Below, in pieces: positions 1 through 10,001 of a stretch of 64,000 nt of DNA. The position numbers were made by a program, and so were the translations under genes. The stretch's first letter is position 1. Each line of letters opens with the position of its first letter. The stretch is from an uncultured Verrucomicrobiae bacterium (GTDB lineage: Bacteria; Verrucomicrobiota; Verrucomicrobiia; Chthoniobacterales; UBA10450). Location: contig CAVSDR010000003.1 in the NCBI GenBank assembly GCA_963726745.1, forward strand, positions 928,001-992,000, read 5' to 3'. The notes beneath the pieces were generated by a model that searched no databases, was not told the origin of the DNA, and worked only from the letters and a program-made list of their open reading frames with translations.

Positions 1-519
1 GAGGAAGAGCATGCTGTATTTGCTCATCATCCCAAAGCCGATCGCGCCTCCGACCGCGAGCCACCAGCGTGGGTCGTGCGACCGGCAAAGGCGCGAGACA
101 AAATAAGCCACCGCCACCCAGGCGAGGTAATCGAAGGAGACGTATTGCATCAGGCTGCCGGCGGCGAGGCTGAAGGGCGCGGTCGCGCAGACGGCCAGGA
201 GCTGGGCCGTGCGCTGGCCGCCGAGCTGGCGCGCAAGCAGACCAGCCAGCACCATCGCGCCGGCGCTGGCCACGGCCGCGAAGAAGCGAAACCCGGCGAG
301 CGACGGGCCGAAGAGTTGCCACGAGATCCAGCCGAAAAAAGGGGTAACCGGCGGATAGGCGACATACCCCCAGGCGAGATGCCGCGCGTCCTCCAGGGTG
401 GCGAGTTCGTCGCGATGAAAGCCGTAGCGATGGCCCACGAGGAGATGGATCAGCACCGTCGCGGCGGCGAGCGCCAGGATCAGGAGAAGCGTGGTGCGCT
501 CGCGCTGCGGTTCGGTCAC
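1..519 (-). CDS. Glycosyltransferase family 39 (ArnT/PMT-like) membrane protein, 5' part; runs off the window
   Basis: Manual minus-strand translation: VTEPQRERTTLLLILALAAATVLIHLLVGHRYGFHRDELATLEDARHLAWGYVAYPP...MQYVSFDYLAW...GMMSKYSMLFL. Not in the ORF track because it has no stop in the window. Confidence 0.8.
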   Translation of the reverse strand, partial: MTEPQRERTTLLLILALAAATVLIHLLVGHRYGFHRDELATLEDARHLAWGYVAYPPVTPFFGWISWQLFGPSLAGFRFFAAVASAGAMVLAGLLARQLGGQRTAQLLAVCATAPFSLAAGSLMQYVSFDYLAWVAVAYFVSRLCRSHDPRWWLAVGGAIGFGMMSKYSMLFL

Positions 520-538
520 GTCGGGGGCCACGAAAATT

Positions 539-1109
539 CTAATGCGGCAGACGCGCGAAGAGCGTGGTGATGTATTGCACAAAGGCGATCGCGGTAAAAA
601 GAGCCAGCGCTTTGTGAAACCATTCCTTCGCCACCAAAATGCCCGCGACCGCGATCGCGATGTAGCCGAGGTGGAAGAGAAAATTCAACCGCTGCGGGAG
701 GGCGTGATTCAACACGTAATCGCGGCCCAGGCTCAGGAGCGTGGCCACGATCAGCAGGGTGAAGAAGCGCTTTCGCTGCGCGAAATAATGGGCCCGCAAA
801 TCGACTCGTCTCCCGGTCGGGAAATTTCGGGAAAACCAACCCGGCCAGCAGATAGAGCACGATGGACTGGGCCAGCAGGACAAGGAACTGGCTAAACTCC
901 CAATCGTGCCGGTTGCGCAGGTCAAACATGGCCCACCAAGTCTGCGCGCAAACCAGCAGGAGCGTGGCCGCCCAAAGCCGCGTTGGCCAATATTCCTGGA
1001 TCCGTTCCCGCGCCAGCATCCGCTCGCGAAATCCCTGGAGAATCTCCGTGAGCGCCAGCCCGATGATGATCGAAAGCAGAACCGAGAGGTAACTGAACTC
1101 GTCCATCAT
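539..1109 (-). CDS. Conserved multi-TM hypothetical membrane protein (frameshift near 820)
   Basis: ORF 516..1109 (MDEFSYLSVLLSIIIGLALTEIL...) continues in the frame of ORF 539..925 (VDLRAHYFAQRKRFFTLL...); hydrophobic helices throughout. Confidence 0.65.
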
Positions 1110-1143
1110 CGCGCCGGCAGGTGACGTGCGAACGGCGGTGCCA

Positions 1144-2409
1144 TCAGGCTTTCCGGCCCGGCCCGTTCTGCGCGATCCAGTTCATCGTCTGGTCGGCTAG
1201 TTTGTCGAAGGCGGTCACGGCCAGCTCGAGGTGCTCCGGCTTGGTGTCCTCGATTTTGTTGTGGCTGATGCCGTGCAGGCTTTGCACGAACATCATGATC
1301 GTGGGCACGCCGGCGCGGGCCACCTCCGCGGCGTCGTGCAGCGGACCGGAGGGCAAACGATGCGGCTGCGCGCCGACCGCGGCGATCGCCTGGTCGCACT
1401 GCTCGATCAATTCCTGGTGAAACAGGATCGGCTCGATGTTCCAAAGCCGTTCCCAGGCCACGGTCACGCCCCCCGCCTGGGCAAAGCGCTCACTCGCGGC
1501 CTGCGCCTCACTTAACATTTTAGCCAGCGCTTTGGCGTCGAGATGCCGCATATCGAGCGTGATCCGGCATTCCTCGACCACGCTGGTGACGATCCCCGGT
1601 TTCGTCAGGCACGAGCCAATGGTGCCGACGCCGCCCCCGCTGCGCGCCGCGATTTCGTAAACTTCCGGGCTCATCCGGGCCGCGGCCAGGAAGGCGTCCT
1701 TGCGGCGATTCATCGGGGTGCTTCCGGAATGCGCCGCCTGTCCCCGGAACGTGATCGCATGCCGCTCGACCCCGAAAGTGCCGAGCACGGTCCCGAGCGG
1801 CCGGTCCAGGTCGAGCAACACCGGACCCTGCTCGATGTGCAGCTCGAGGTAGGCCGCGGCGTTTCGCAGCTCTTCGCCGCACTCCTTCACCTTCTCGAAA
1901 TCGATCCCGCATTCCCGGAGCGCCGCCGGCAGGGTGGTGCCGTCGCGATCCTTGAGCACGCGCGCCTCGTCCATGTCGAGATTGCCCGAGCAGGCGGAGG
2001 AACCGAAAAGGCTTTTGCCGAAACGCGCCCCCTCTTCATCGGCCCAGTCGACCACGCGCACGGTCACGGGCGGACGGCCCTGGTATTGCGCATGGACGCG
2101 GCGCAAAATCTCCACCCCGGCGAGCGTATTCAGGCAGCCATCGAGCCAGCCGCCATTCGGCACCGAGTCGATGTGCCCACCGATCAAAAGCGCCCTCTCG
2201 GATTCCCCGCGCAGCGTCGCCCAAAGATTGCCCGCGGCGTCGCGCTGCACTTCCGCCGGGATCGCTTCCAGCTTTCGCTGCAGCCACTCGCGCGCGCCGG
2301 CCCAGAGGCCGGTAAAGGCGACGCGCTGGGCGCCGTTTTCGTCGCCCGTGAGGGCGCGCAATTCGCGCAGTTCGGCGACCGTGCGCCGCGGATCGAGAAG
2401 GGATTTCAT
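1144..2409 (-). CDS. M20-family Zn amidohydrolase (N-carbamoyl-L-amino-acid hydrolase / allantoate amidohydrolase-like)
   Basis: GGHIDSVPNGGWLDG, DEEGARFG, ELHIEQGP, GQAAHSG, SGPLHDA and GISHN motifs. Confidence 0.9.
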   Translation of the reverse strand: MKSLLDPRRTVAELRELRALTGDENGAQRVAFTGLWAGAREWLQRKLEAIPAEVQRDAAGNLWATLRGESERALLIGGHIDSVPNGGWLDGCLNTLAGVEILRRVHAQYQGRPPVTVRVVDWADEEGARFGKSLFGSSACSGNLDMDEARVLKDRDGTTLPAALRECGIDFEKVKECGEELRNAAAYLELHIEQGPVLLDLDRPLGTVLGTFGVERHAITFRGQAAHSGSTPMNRRKDAFLAAARMSPEVYEIAARSGGGVGTIGSCLTKPGIVTSVVEECRITLDMRHLDAKALAKMLSEAQAASERFAQAGGVTVAWERLWNIEPILFHQELIEQCDQAIAAVGAQPHRLPSGPLHDAAEVARAGVPTIMMFVQSLHGISHNKIEDTKPEHLELAVTAFDKLADQTMNWIAQNGPGRKA

Positions 2410-2587
2410 ATTGCCGGAAAAACTTTCCTAACAAGTGCGCCCGGCGAAGTCAGGGAGTTTGTTGCGCGCGCGCCCGTCCGGTGAATTTCCCGGCCGCTTT
2501 CCCGTCAGAATTTTCTACGCCCCGGCAGCCGCCCGCAATCGAATCAAAGATGCGGGTTCTCGAACCCAAGCCGTCGGCGCCGTCCTC

Positions 2588-4194
2588 ATGCAAACCAAAA
2601 CCTACCTCGGCCGTTACCTGCTCATGCTGGGCCAAAATAGCCAGCCGCTTCGCCTGCGCCGCGCCGGCCCGGGCGCGACCTACAAAGCCTTCGACTCGCA
2701 GGCCAAGCGCGAGGTTGCCCTCGTGGTCCTGCCCCTGGCGGAAGTAGCCACTGCGCTCCATGGACAACTGGCCGCGGAAGCGAACGCCGCGCAGCGCTTG
2801 CAGCACCCGAATATCCCCGCGCTCTACGATTTCGGGATCGAAGGCGACGAGATCGTTTACGCCTCCGAGTTGGTCGAGGGCCACAGCACTGCCACCTGGG
2901 TCAAAACGCAGAGCCCGCTGCCTATTCCCGCCGTCCTGCGGATCGCCGCGCAGGCTGTGAGCGCCCTCGGTGCGGCCGCTTTTCACGGCATTTTCCATCA
3001 CGCGCTCAACCCGCGAAACATCATCATCCTGCCGGTGGAAACGAATGAGTGGCCGCGGATCAAGGTGACCAATTTCCTCGGCCTGGCGCCGGTTTATTCG
3101 CCCGACCAGGCCGCGGCCGTGGGCACGACCTACGACCCGATCCACTTCGCCAGCCCAGAGCAACTGCACAGCGGCGAAGTCGACTTCGCCTCCGAGGTTT
3201 ACTCGTTAGGCAGCACGCTCTGGTTTTTGCTCAGCGGCACTTTGCCGCTCGGCGGAGCCGCCACCATCGAGACCGCGCAAGGCTTGCCCCCTTCCGTCCG
3301 CCGCCTCCTCCGCGCAATGCTCGCAGCTTCGCCGGCCGATCGCCCGGGCGACCCGCTGGCGCTGCAGGGAGCGATCGAACAAGCGCTGGCCGAAGTGGAA
3401 GCCGGGCCGGTCAGCCTCGCGGCCGTGGCGGCCGCGGAGCCAGTGGTCGTGCGCCCGCCGCGGCGGCCATTCCCCTGGCAGGCTCTGGCCGTGGCTGCGG
3501 TTTTGCTCGCGCTCGCCGGGATCGCGGCGCTCTTCTTTCGCGGAAGTAGCCAGCAACTTGGTGTGCCCGTAGGCGTGCCGGACGAAGTGGCCAACGCCGC
3601 CGCGGCCGCACCGCAGGCGACCCCGCCGCTCATCGCCGCGCAAGGCGTCCTGCAATCCACCGCTGCCGCCAGCGCGGCCGAGGACGAAGCTCCGCTCGAG
3701 GAAGCCCCGCGCGACGAAATGGCCATGCCAGAAGTTGCCGCCAATTCCTCCTCGGAACCCGAGCCCGCGCCGCCTTCCGAAGGTCCGGAGGCCACCGTCC
3801 CGGCCGCGCCCCAAATCGCCGTCGCCACCACCCCCCTCCCGAAGAGCCGATCATCGAGCCCACGCCCGCGCCCGCGCGCCGCACGGAAGTGCGGAAAGCC
3901 GAGCCGGTGGAGGAAGTGGAAGTCGCGGCGCGCCCTCGCGCCGTGCCGCCCAAAACCCGTCTGGCTGCGGGCAAACCCGCGCGTCGCGAACGCAGCGTCC
4001 GCGGCCCGGTGCGCGCGCAATACCTCGGCACATCGCCCGATGGCGAGATGATCTTTGGCCTCCCGAAAGACGAGCGCGGCTACGTCGCTGTGCCCCCGGC
4101 CTCGAGTCGGCAGGAACGCCGTCCCAGTCGCGAAGTGATCTACAAACCCGCTCCGGGGATGCCGGTTTTGCCGGCGCTCCCGGTGGACGAATAG
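2588..4194 (+). CDS. Membrane-anchored Hanks-type Ser/Thr pseudokinase 1 (frameshift near 3840)
   Basis: HPNIPALYDFG, FASPEQ and EVYSLG kinase scaffold, but VALV / HHALN / NFLG replace VAIK / HRD / DFG. TM helix and Pro/Ala/Glu-rich tail; C-terminus in ORF 3889..4194. Confidence 0.8.
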
Positions 4195-4338
4195 GCGCCG
4201 CGTTCGCGCCCGTAGCCTGCGGTCTTTTGGCTCGCGCCGGTTTTGCGTTATGGTGGGAACCTTGAGCACGATGGACCAGGGTCACGGAAACTCCGCCGCC
4301 ACCACGAGTTTCCCGCCGTCGCGGAGGCTGCTGCGCTG

Positions 4339-4647
4339 ATGCTCGGCTGGGGAAAAAAACGCGCACCGGTGACCGTGCGCCGCGAGATCACGATCCTGAA
4401 TAAATTCGGCATGCACGCGCGCCCCGCGGCCGAGTTTGTCCGCAAGGCGAACAGCTTTCGCTCCGAGATCTCGCTGGTTAAAGATGATCAGCGCTTCGCC
4501 GCCACCAGTCTCATCGATATTCTCCGCGCCAGCCTCGCGCAGGGTTCGCAGCTCACGATCGAAGCTCATGGCCTCGATGCCGAGGAAGCGGTCGCCGCGA
4601 TGGCCCGCCTCCTGGAGAAGTTCCAGGTCGAAGAGGCCAACGTCTAG
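4339..4647 (+). CDS. ptsH: HPr-family phosphocarrier protein
   Basis: ILNKFGMHARPAAEFV (His15 motif), Ser46-equivalent in ATSLIDIL, and AHGLDAEEAVAAM. Confidence 0.85.
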   Translation: MLGWGKKRAPVTVRREITILNKFGMHARPAAEFVRKANSFRSEISLVKDDQRFAATSLIDILRASLAQGSQLTIEAHGLDAEEAVAAMARLLEKFQVEEANV

Positions 4648-4730
4648 GCCCACCCGGCGGCCGTCCGCCGGTCTTTTCGCGCTCGCTTTTGCCGCAGCCC
4701 CTTCGCTAGGGTGTGCGCGCACACAGGTCA

Positions 4731-6396
4731 ATGCACGGGAAAACCTACCTCGGTCGCTACCGGGTGCGCCTCGATCGAATGGGACTTCCGATCGTGCTTC
4801 GCCGTGGCGAAGAGGAGGCCACGCTCCTGGCCGAGAATGCCGAGAGCGGGACGCTGGTCGCGGTGGAATTGCAGCCAGCCGGCGCGCACGCCACCACCCA
4901 ACGCGAACAACTTCGCACCGAGGCCCGCGCCGCGCAGCAGATCGCCCATCCGCACATCCCGCGGCTGCTCGACTTTGGCTTCGACGACGATCAGCTGGTC
5001 TACGTAACCGAATACCTCGAGGGCGAGACGGCGGCGGAGTGGGTCCGGGAGCACGGCGTGCTCCCGCCGGGCGTGGCCTTGCGCGTGGCCGCCCAGGTGG
5101 TCGATGCGCTCGTTGCGGCCAGCCTGCACGGGATCATTCACCACGCGATTCACCCGGGGAATCTCCTCTTCGTTTTCGAAGGCCAGGACCTCGCCGCGGT
5201 GCCGCAGGTAAAGGTCTTGAACTTCCTCGGCCTCGCCCCTTCGCTCGACCCGGCGGAAGGCGCCACCGCGCGCCGGATCGCTCCGGCGGATTTCGCCAGC
5301 CCGGAGCAATTTCAAAATGGCCCGATCACTTTCCGCTCGGAGATCTACTCGTTAGGCAGCACGCTCTGGTTTTTGCTCAAGGGCGTGCCGCTTACCGGAG
5401 GCGCCGCTGCGGTGGCGCAAGCGGTCGGCCTGCGCGCGCCGCTCCGCGCCCTGCTCAGGGAAATGCTCGCGGAAAATCCGGCCGAGCGCCCGTCCGATCC
5501 GGCCGCGCTCCAGCGCCAGATCGAGCATTGCCTGGCCGAGTTCGAGGGCCGGGACCCCGTCGCGCCGCGGCGTGCCGCGGTCCCGGTCCTGGCGAGGTGG
5601 GAGACGCCTCCGCCGCGCCGCCGCTCGGCCTGGAAACCGCTGGCGCTGGCCGCGCTCCTCCTTCTTTTGGGCGCGCTCGCGGTGGTTTTTTTTCGGCCGC
5701 GCCTCTCGCAGGAAATGGCTTTTTCCGCAAGCGCGCCCAGCCCGGCACCACTCGCTTCGCCGCCCGTCGAGACCGAGCTGCCGGCGCCCGATTTGCCGCC
5801 GCTCTCTGAGCTCGCGGTCGCGGAGGAAATTCCGGCCAGAGAAACAGACAGCACTTTCGCTGGTGCGACGCCCGCTGGCGAGGCCGCGCTCGCCGCAGCC
5901 GCGCCGATCGCCGAGCCGGAGAAGACTTCGCCGCCTCCTTCCTTCGCTCGAGCTCGCCTCGCCGCTTATTGCCGGCAATCTCGCAGGCGCGGCGGAGTCG
6001 GAAACCGAACTCCAGCTTCAGGTAGAACCGCTTCCTGCACCGCCCGCGCCACCCGCCGAGGGCCCACCGGAAAACGAGCCGCCGCCGTCGGCCCCCTCTC
6101 CCGCCCGCGAAGCAGCGCCAAGCCTCGAGATTCGCCGGGCGCTCCCGGTGGAGCGCGCGGAGAGCGCGCGCCCCAGGATTACCCTGGCCCGTCCGGCTGC
6201 GACCCCGCCGGAAGCCAAGCCCGCGCCCGCCCCAGCGCCCGCGCGTCGGCCCGCGGGCGGCTATCTTGGGGCCCCGCACAACCGCAGCAGTGTCGTCGGC
6301 CACATCTTCTTCCCCGTCTGGCGCGATCCTGCCCCCGAAGAAAAATCGCCCACGCCCACTCCCACGCCGTCACCCGCGGGCCGCACCACTCGTTAG
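4731..6396 (+). CDS. Membrane-anchored Hanks-type Ser/Thr pseudokinase 2 (frameshift near 5940)
   Basis: Paralogue of 2588..4194: HPHIPRLLDFG, HHAIHPGN, VKVLNFLG, FASPEQ, SEIYSLG. TM helix; Pro-rich tail continues in ORF 5572..6396. Confidence 0.8.
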
Positions 6397-7670
6397 GCAA
6401 CGTCGCGCGTCCGGGCGAGCCGCGCCTGCCGGTGCCCCAGCCAGAGACTAAGACCGCACCAAGCCGCCGCCAGCGGCGCGGCCGCAAAGGAAATGCCGGT
6501 CAGGCCCAGGCCCAGCCAGGTAAGCAGCGGATAAGACCAGGCACCGATCTGGTCGCCCGCACGATAGACAAACGTGTCCATGAAGCTCTTCGCTTTGTAT
6601 TTGTCCTCCCGGCGCAGGACGGTGAAGAGGACCTCGCGGGCCGGTCGCGAGAGCGCGAAATTCCCCGCGCGCCTTAGCACTTGGAAGAACGCCAGGAAGG
6701 CCAGCACCGGGGCAAAACCAAGGACCAGAAAACCGATCAGGCTAACGAATGGTAGCGCCGCCAGGGTCAGTCCCACGCCGAGCCATTTCAGGAGCCGGCC
6801 AGTGAGGAAAAGCTGCACCGTGATCGTGAGCACGTTCACCCAGACATCGAGCTGCGCGAAGAAAGCCGTGCGCGCCGCGCGGTCGGGAAATTGCGCCCCC
6901 ACGATCTCCGCCTGCTGGAAATAAACCAGCGTGCTCGTGATCGCGTGCAGGAGCATGAACGCGCAAATCCCGAGCAGGTAAGGCGAGCGCGAGACGTGCG
7001 TGATCCCGGACCAGAGCGACCCGCCGATCACCTGGTCACCCTGCGGAGCACGAGAATCGCGCGAGCTTCCGCCTGGGAAAAACCGCACCAGCCAGGCCCC
7101 GCTTTCCAGCATGGCCGCGGAGACCAGCAGGAGATTGGCCGTCCCGATTTGCCTAACGAGTGACGCCGTGAGCAATCCGCCTACGATCCCGCCGAGCGTC
7201 CCGCCCACGCTCACAAAACCGAAGAGCCGCTTCGCTTGCTCGTTGCTGAAGACGTCGGTCATGAAGGCCCAGAAGACGGTCACAACGAAGAGATTGAAGA
7301 CGCTCACCCAGACGTAGAAGGCCGCGCCGACCCAAAACGGCGGCGCGCCGGAGCGGAGCAGAAAATAAAAGCCGACGAGATTGAGCAAGAAGAAGCGGTA
7401 GGCCAGCGGGATGAAGCGCCGCCGCGACATCCGCGCGACGATCGCGGCGAAGAGCGCGTTGGCCACCAGCATCCCGGCGAGCGTGGCGGTGAAGAGCCAC
7501 GAGAGCTTCTCCACCCCGCCGGCCACGCCGATCTCGTCGCGAATCGGCCGGATGACGTAGTAGCTGCCGAGGACGATGAAATTGAAGACGAAAGCAAACC
7601 CGAGCGCGCGACGTTCCGCCGGCCGCACGTCGACCACCTTGCCCCACAACTTGTCGGCTAAATTCCCCAC
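6393..7670 (-). CDS. MFS transporter, nucleotide-translocase (TLC/NTT)-like
   Basis: SYYVIRPIRDE, WVSVFNLFVVTVFW, QAKRLFG, RPAREVLFT, KYKAKSFMDTFVYRAGD; about 12 TM helices. Confidence 0.8.
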   Translation of the reverse strand: MGNLADKLWGKVVDVRPAERRALGFAFVFNFIVLGSYYVIRPIRDEIGVAGGVEKLSWLFTATLAGMLVANALFAAIVARMSRRRFIPLAYRFFLLNLVGFYFLLRSGAPPFWVGAAFYVWVSVFNLFVVTVFWAFMTDVFSNEQAKRLFGFVSVGGTLGGIVGGLLTASLVRQIGTANLLLVSAAMLESGAWLVRFFPGGSSRDSRAPQGDQVIGGSLWSGITHVSRSPYLLGICAFMLLHAITSTLVYFQQAEIVGAQFPDRAARTAFFAQLDVWVNVLTITVQLFLTGRLLKWLGVGLTLAALPFVSLIGFLVLGFAPVLAFLAFFQVLRRAGNFALSRPAREVLFTVLRREDKYKAKSFMDTFVYRAGDQIGAWSYPLLTWLGLGLTGISFAAAPLAAAWCGLSLWLGHRQARLARTRDVA

Positions 7671-7676
7671 CCGCAC

Positions 7677-8810
7677 TCACCCCTGCGCCCGGTGCCACGC
7701 CGCCAGCACTTCCGCTTCCCGCTCCGGCGTCAGTCCTGCCTTCAAAGTTTTCCGCCGTTCCTCCGGCAGCGTCTCGAACCACGCAAGCGTATCGCGTGCG
7801 GTCACCGCCAGCGGCCGGAAGCTCAGGCCCGCCGCGAGCGCCTTCGCATTCGGCGTCCGCCCCATCCCGCCGTCTTCTCCACGCGGCGGCACCCACACCG
7901 GCATGTCCGACCAGGGCGCGACCTTTTGCGCTTCGAGAAAATCCGCGTCCACCCAGGTGAATTTCGCGTCCGCTCCCAGCGCCGTTTTGATCCCGTCGAG
8001 CATCGCGCCCATCTGGATACGGCTTCTCCGGGCCGGTGGCGTTGTAGATCCCGGCCGCGCGTTGCTCGACCATTCGGATGGTCCATTCCGCGAGGTCGCG
8101 CGCATCGATGATCTGCACCGGGTCCGCTGGATTGCCGGGCGCGAGCACTTCGCCGCCGCGCTGGATCCGCACCGGCCAATAGGTGAAACGATCCGTCTGG
8201 TCGCCCGGTCCCACGATCAAGCCCGGGCGAATAATCAGCGCTTTCTTCGGGAACCATTTCTCCGCTTCCGCTTCCGCGAGCGCCTTCAGCGGGCCGTAGA
8301 GTTTGAACCCGGAAGCGACGATGCTTTCGCGCGATTCCTTCATCGCATCCGCGCCTTCGTATTTCGCGAGCGCGCCGCTCTCGTCGTTTGGCGTGGTGTT
8401 GTCTGCGTAGACCGAGATCGAGGAAATGAAAACGTAACGCTCCACGTTTCCCTGGAGGATCTGGGCCACGTCGCGCACCCAGACCGGCGCGCTCGTGGGA
8501 TTGTCGATCGCCACGTCCCACTGGCGATTGCGGAGCGCGTCGAGCTGGCCGTTGCGGTCGCCGATCAGTTGCTCCACGCCCTCGGGCAGTTCGCCCGGCC
8601 GCGTCTTCCCGCGATTAAAAACCGTGACCTCGTGCCCGCGTTCGAGCGCATACTTCACCTGGAACGGCCCGGTAAAACCGGTCCCGCCCAGGATCAAAAT
8701 TCGCAGCCGCTTCGGCTTATCCGCCGCGCGCAGCGCGCAGCGCCCCGAGGCTCACCGCACTACCCGCAAGCGCACAAACTTCGACGAAACTGCCGGCGAG
8801 TTCTTTTCAT
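7677..8810 (-). CDS. Tat-signal-bearing NAD-dependent epimerase/dehydratase (extended SDR), frameshifted
   Basis: MKRTRRQF twin-arginine start at 8810; ILGGTGFTG; YGPLK. C-terminus in ORF 7677..8105. Shifts near 8015 and 8740-8790. Confidence 0.8.
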
Positions 8811-8811
8811 A

Positions 8812-8896
8812 GGCCACAGGACCGACACGGATGAAAACACGGATGGGGAAAGAAAACCCAGCCTTTATCCGTGTTTCATCCTGTCGATCCGTGGCC
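8812..8896. repeat. Long intergenic inverted repeat (REP-like hairpin with internal CACGGAT repeats)
   Basis: GGCCACAGGACCGACACGGATGAAAACACGGAT ... ATCCGTGTTTCATCCTGTCGATCCGTGGCC. Confidence 0.8.
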
Positions 8897-8904
8897 AAAA
8901 AAAA

Positions 8905-9963
8905 TCAGGGAGTGAAATCCTGGTCCTGCGGGAGCGAATGGCAAAATGCCGCCAGTAGCCGCGCGGTGTTCTCCAGGTCGACCAGTGACAACAGCTCGTT
9001 AGGCGTGTGCATGTAGCGCAGCGGCACCGAAAGCAGACCGGTCGCCATCCCGCCCCGCGAGAGCTGCATCACATTCGCGTCCGTGCCGGTGCCGCGCGCG
9101 GCCGAAGCCACTTGATACGGAATGTTCTCCGCCTTCGCTGCCGCTACCAGCAACTCGAAGACGCGCGGGTTGATGTTCGCCCCGCGGCAGATGATCGGCC
9201 CGTCGCCCACGCGGAAGTCGCCGGCTTTTTTCTTCTCGATATCCGGCGTGTCCGTCCCGTGGGCCACGTCGAGCGCGATCCCCACTTCCGCCTCACTCGA
9301 GAAAGCGCTCGTGACCGCGCCGCGCAAACCAATCTCCTCCTGCACCGTGGACACGCCGACCACGCCGGCCTCGGAGTTCCGCTCATGCAGGAGCCGCAAA
9401 ACTTCGGTCACGATCCAGGTGCCCATCTTGTTGTCGAAAGCCATCGAGACGGCGCGCTCGTTCGCCAGCTCCAGATACGGCTGCAGGAAAATCCCCGCGT
9501 CGCCGATCGCGACCAGCTCTTCCGCCTCTTCCTTGCTCGAGACGCCGAGATCAACGTAGAGATCCTTCACCTTCGGGACCTTCTTCTTGTCCTCATCGTC
9601 CATCAGGTGGATCGCCTTCCGGCCGATCACGCCGGGCACAAGCCCGTTCGCGGTCTTGATCGAGACCCGCTGCGAAGTCGCCACCACCGGGTCAACGCCG
9701 CCGATCGGCTCGAGGTGGAGAAAGCCTTTCTCGGTGATGTAATTGATGATGAACCCGATCTGGTCGCAGTGTCCCGCGAGCATGATCCGCGGCCGCGCGG
9801 CGGCGTTGCGCAGACCGAAGACGTTCCCCATCACGTCCGTGCGCACGTTCTCGCACCACGGACGCATGCGCTCGCGCACGAGCTTCTGCACGTCGTATTC
9901 GTAACCGGACGGGCTCGGGGTTTCGACCAGGGTCTTGAGGAAGGCTTTGCTTTCGGGATTCAT
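8905..9963 (-). CDS. M42-family metallo-aminopeptidase
   Basis: PSPSGYE, LAGHCDQIG, AFDNKMG, VQEEIGLRGA, GTDA and RYMHTPNE motifs. ATG at 9963; the upstream extension in the ORF track is spurious. Confidence 0.9.
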   Translation of the reverse strand: MNPESKAFLKTLVETPSPSGYEYDVQKLVRERMRPWCENVRTDVMGNVFGLRNAAARPRIMLAGHCDQIGFIINYITEKGFLHLEPIGGVDPVVATSQRVSIKTANGLVPGVIGRKAIHLMDDEDKKKVPKVKDLYVDLGVSSKEEAEELVAIGDAGIFLQPYLELANERAVSMAFDNKMGTWIVTEVLRLLHERNSEAGVVGVSTVQEEIGLRGAVTSAFSSEAEVGIALDVAHGTDTPDIEKKKAGDFRVGDGPIICRGANINPRVFELLVAAAKAENIPYQVASAARGTGTDANVMQLSRGGMATGLLSVPLRYMHTPNELLSLVDLENTARLLAAFCHSLPQDQDFTP

Positions 9964-10001
9964 AAAATGGGCGCCGAACTTGTCGGCTAATTTTCTCTGG
10001 T

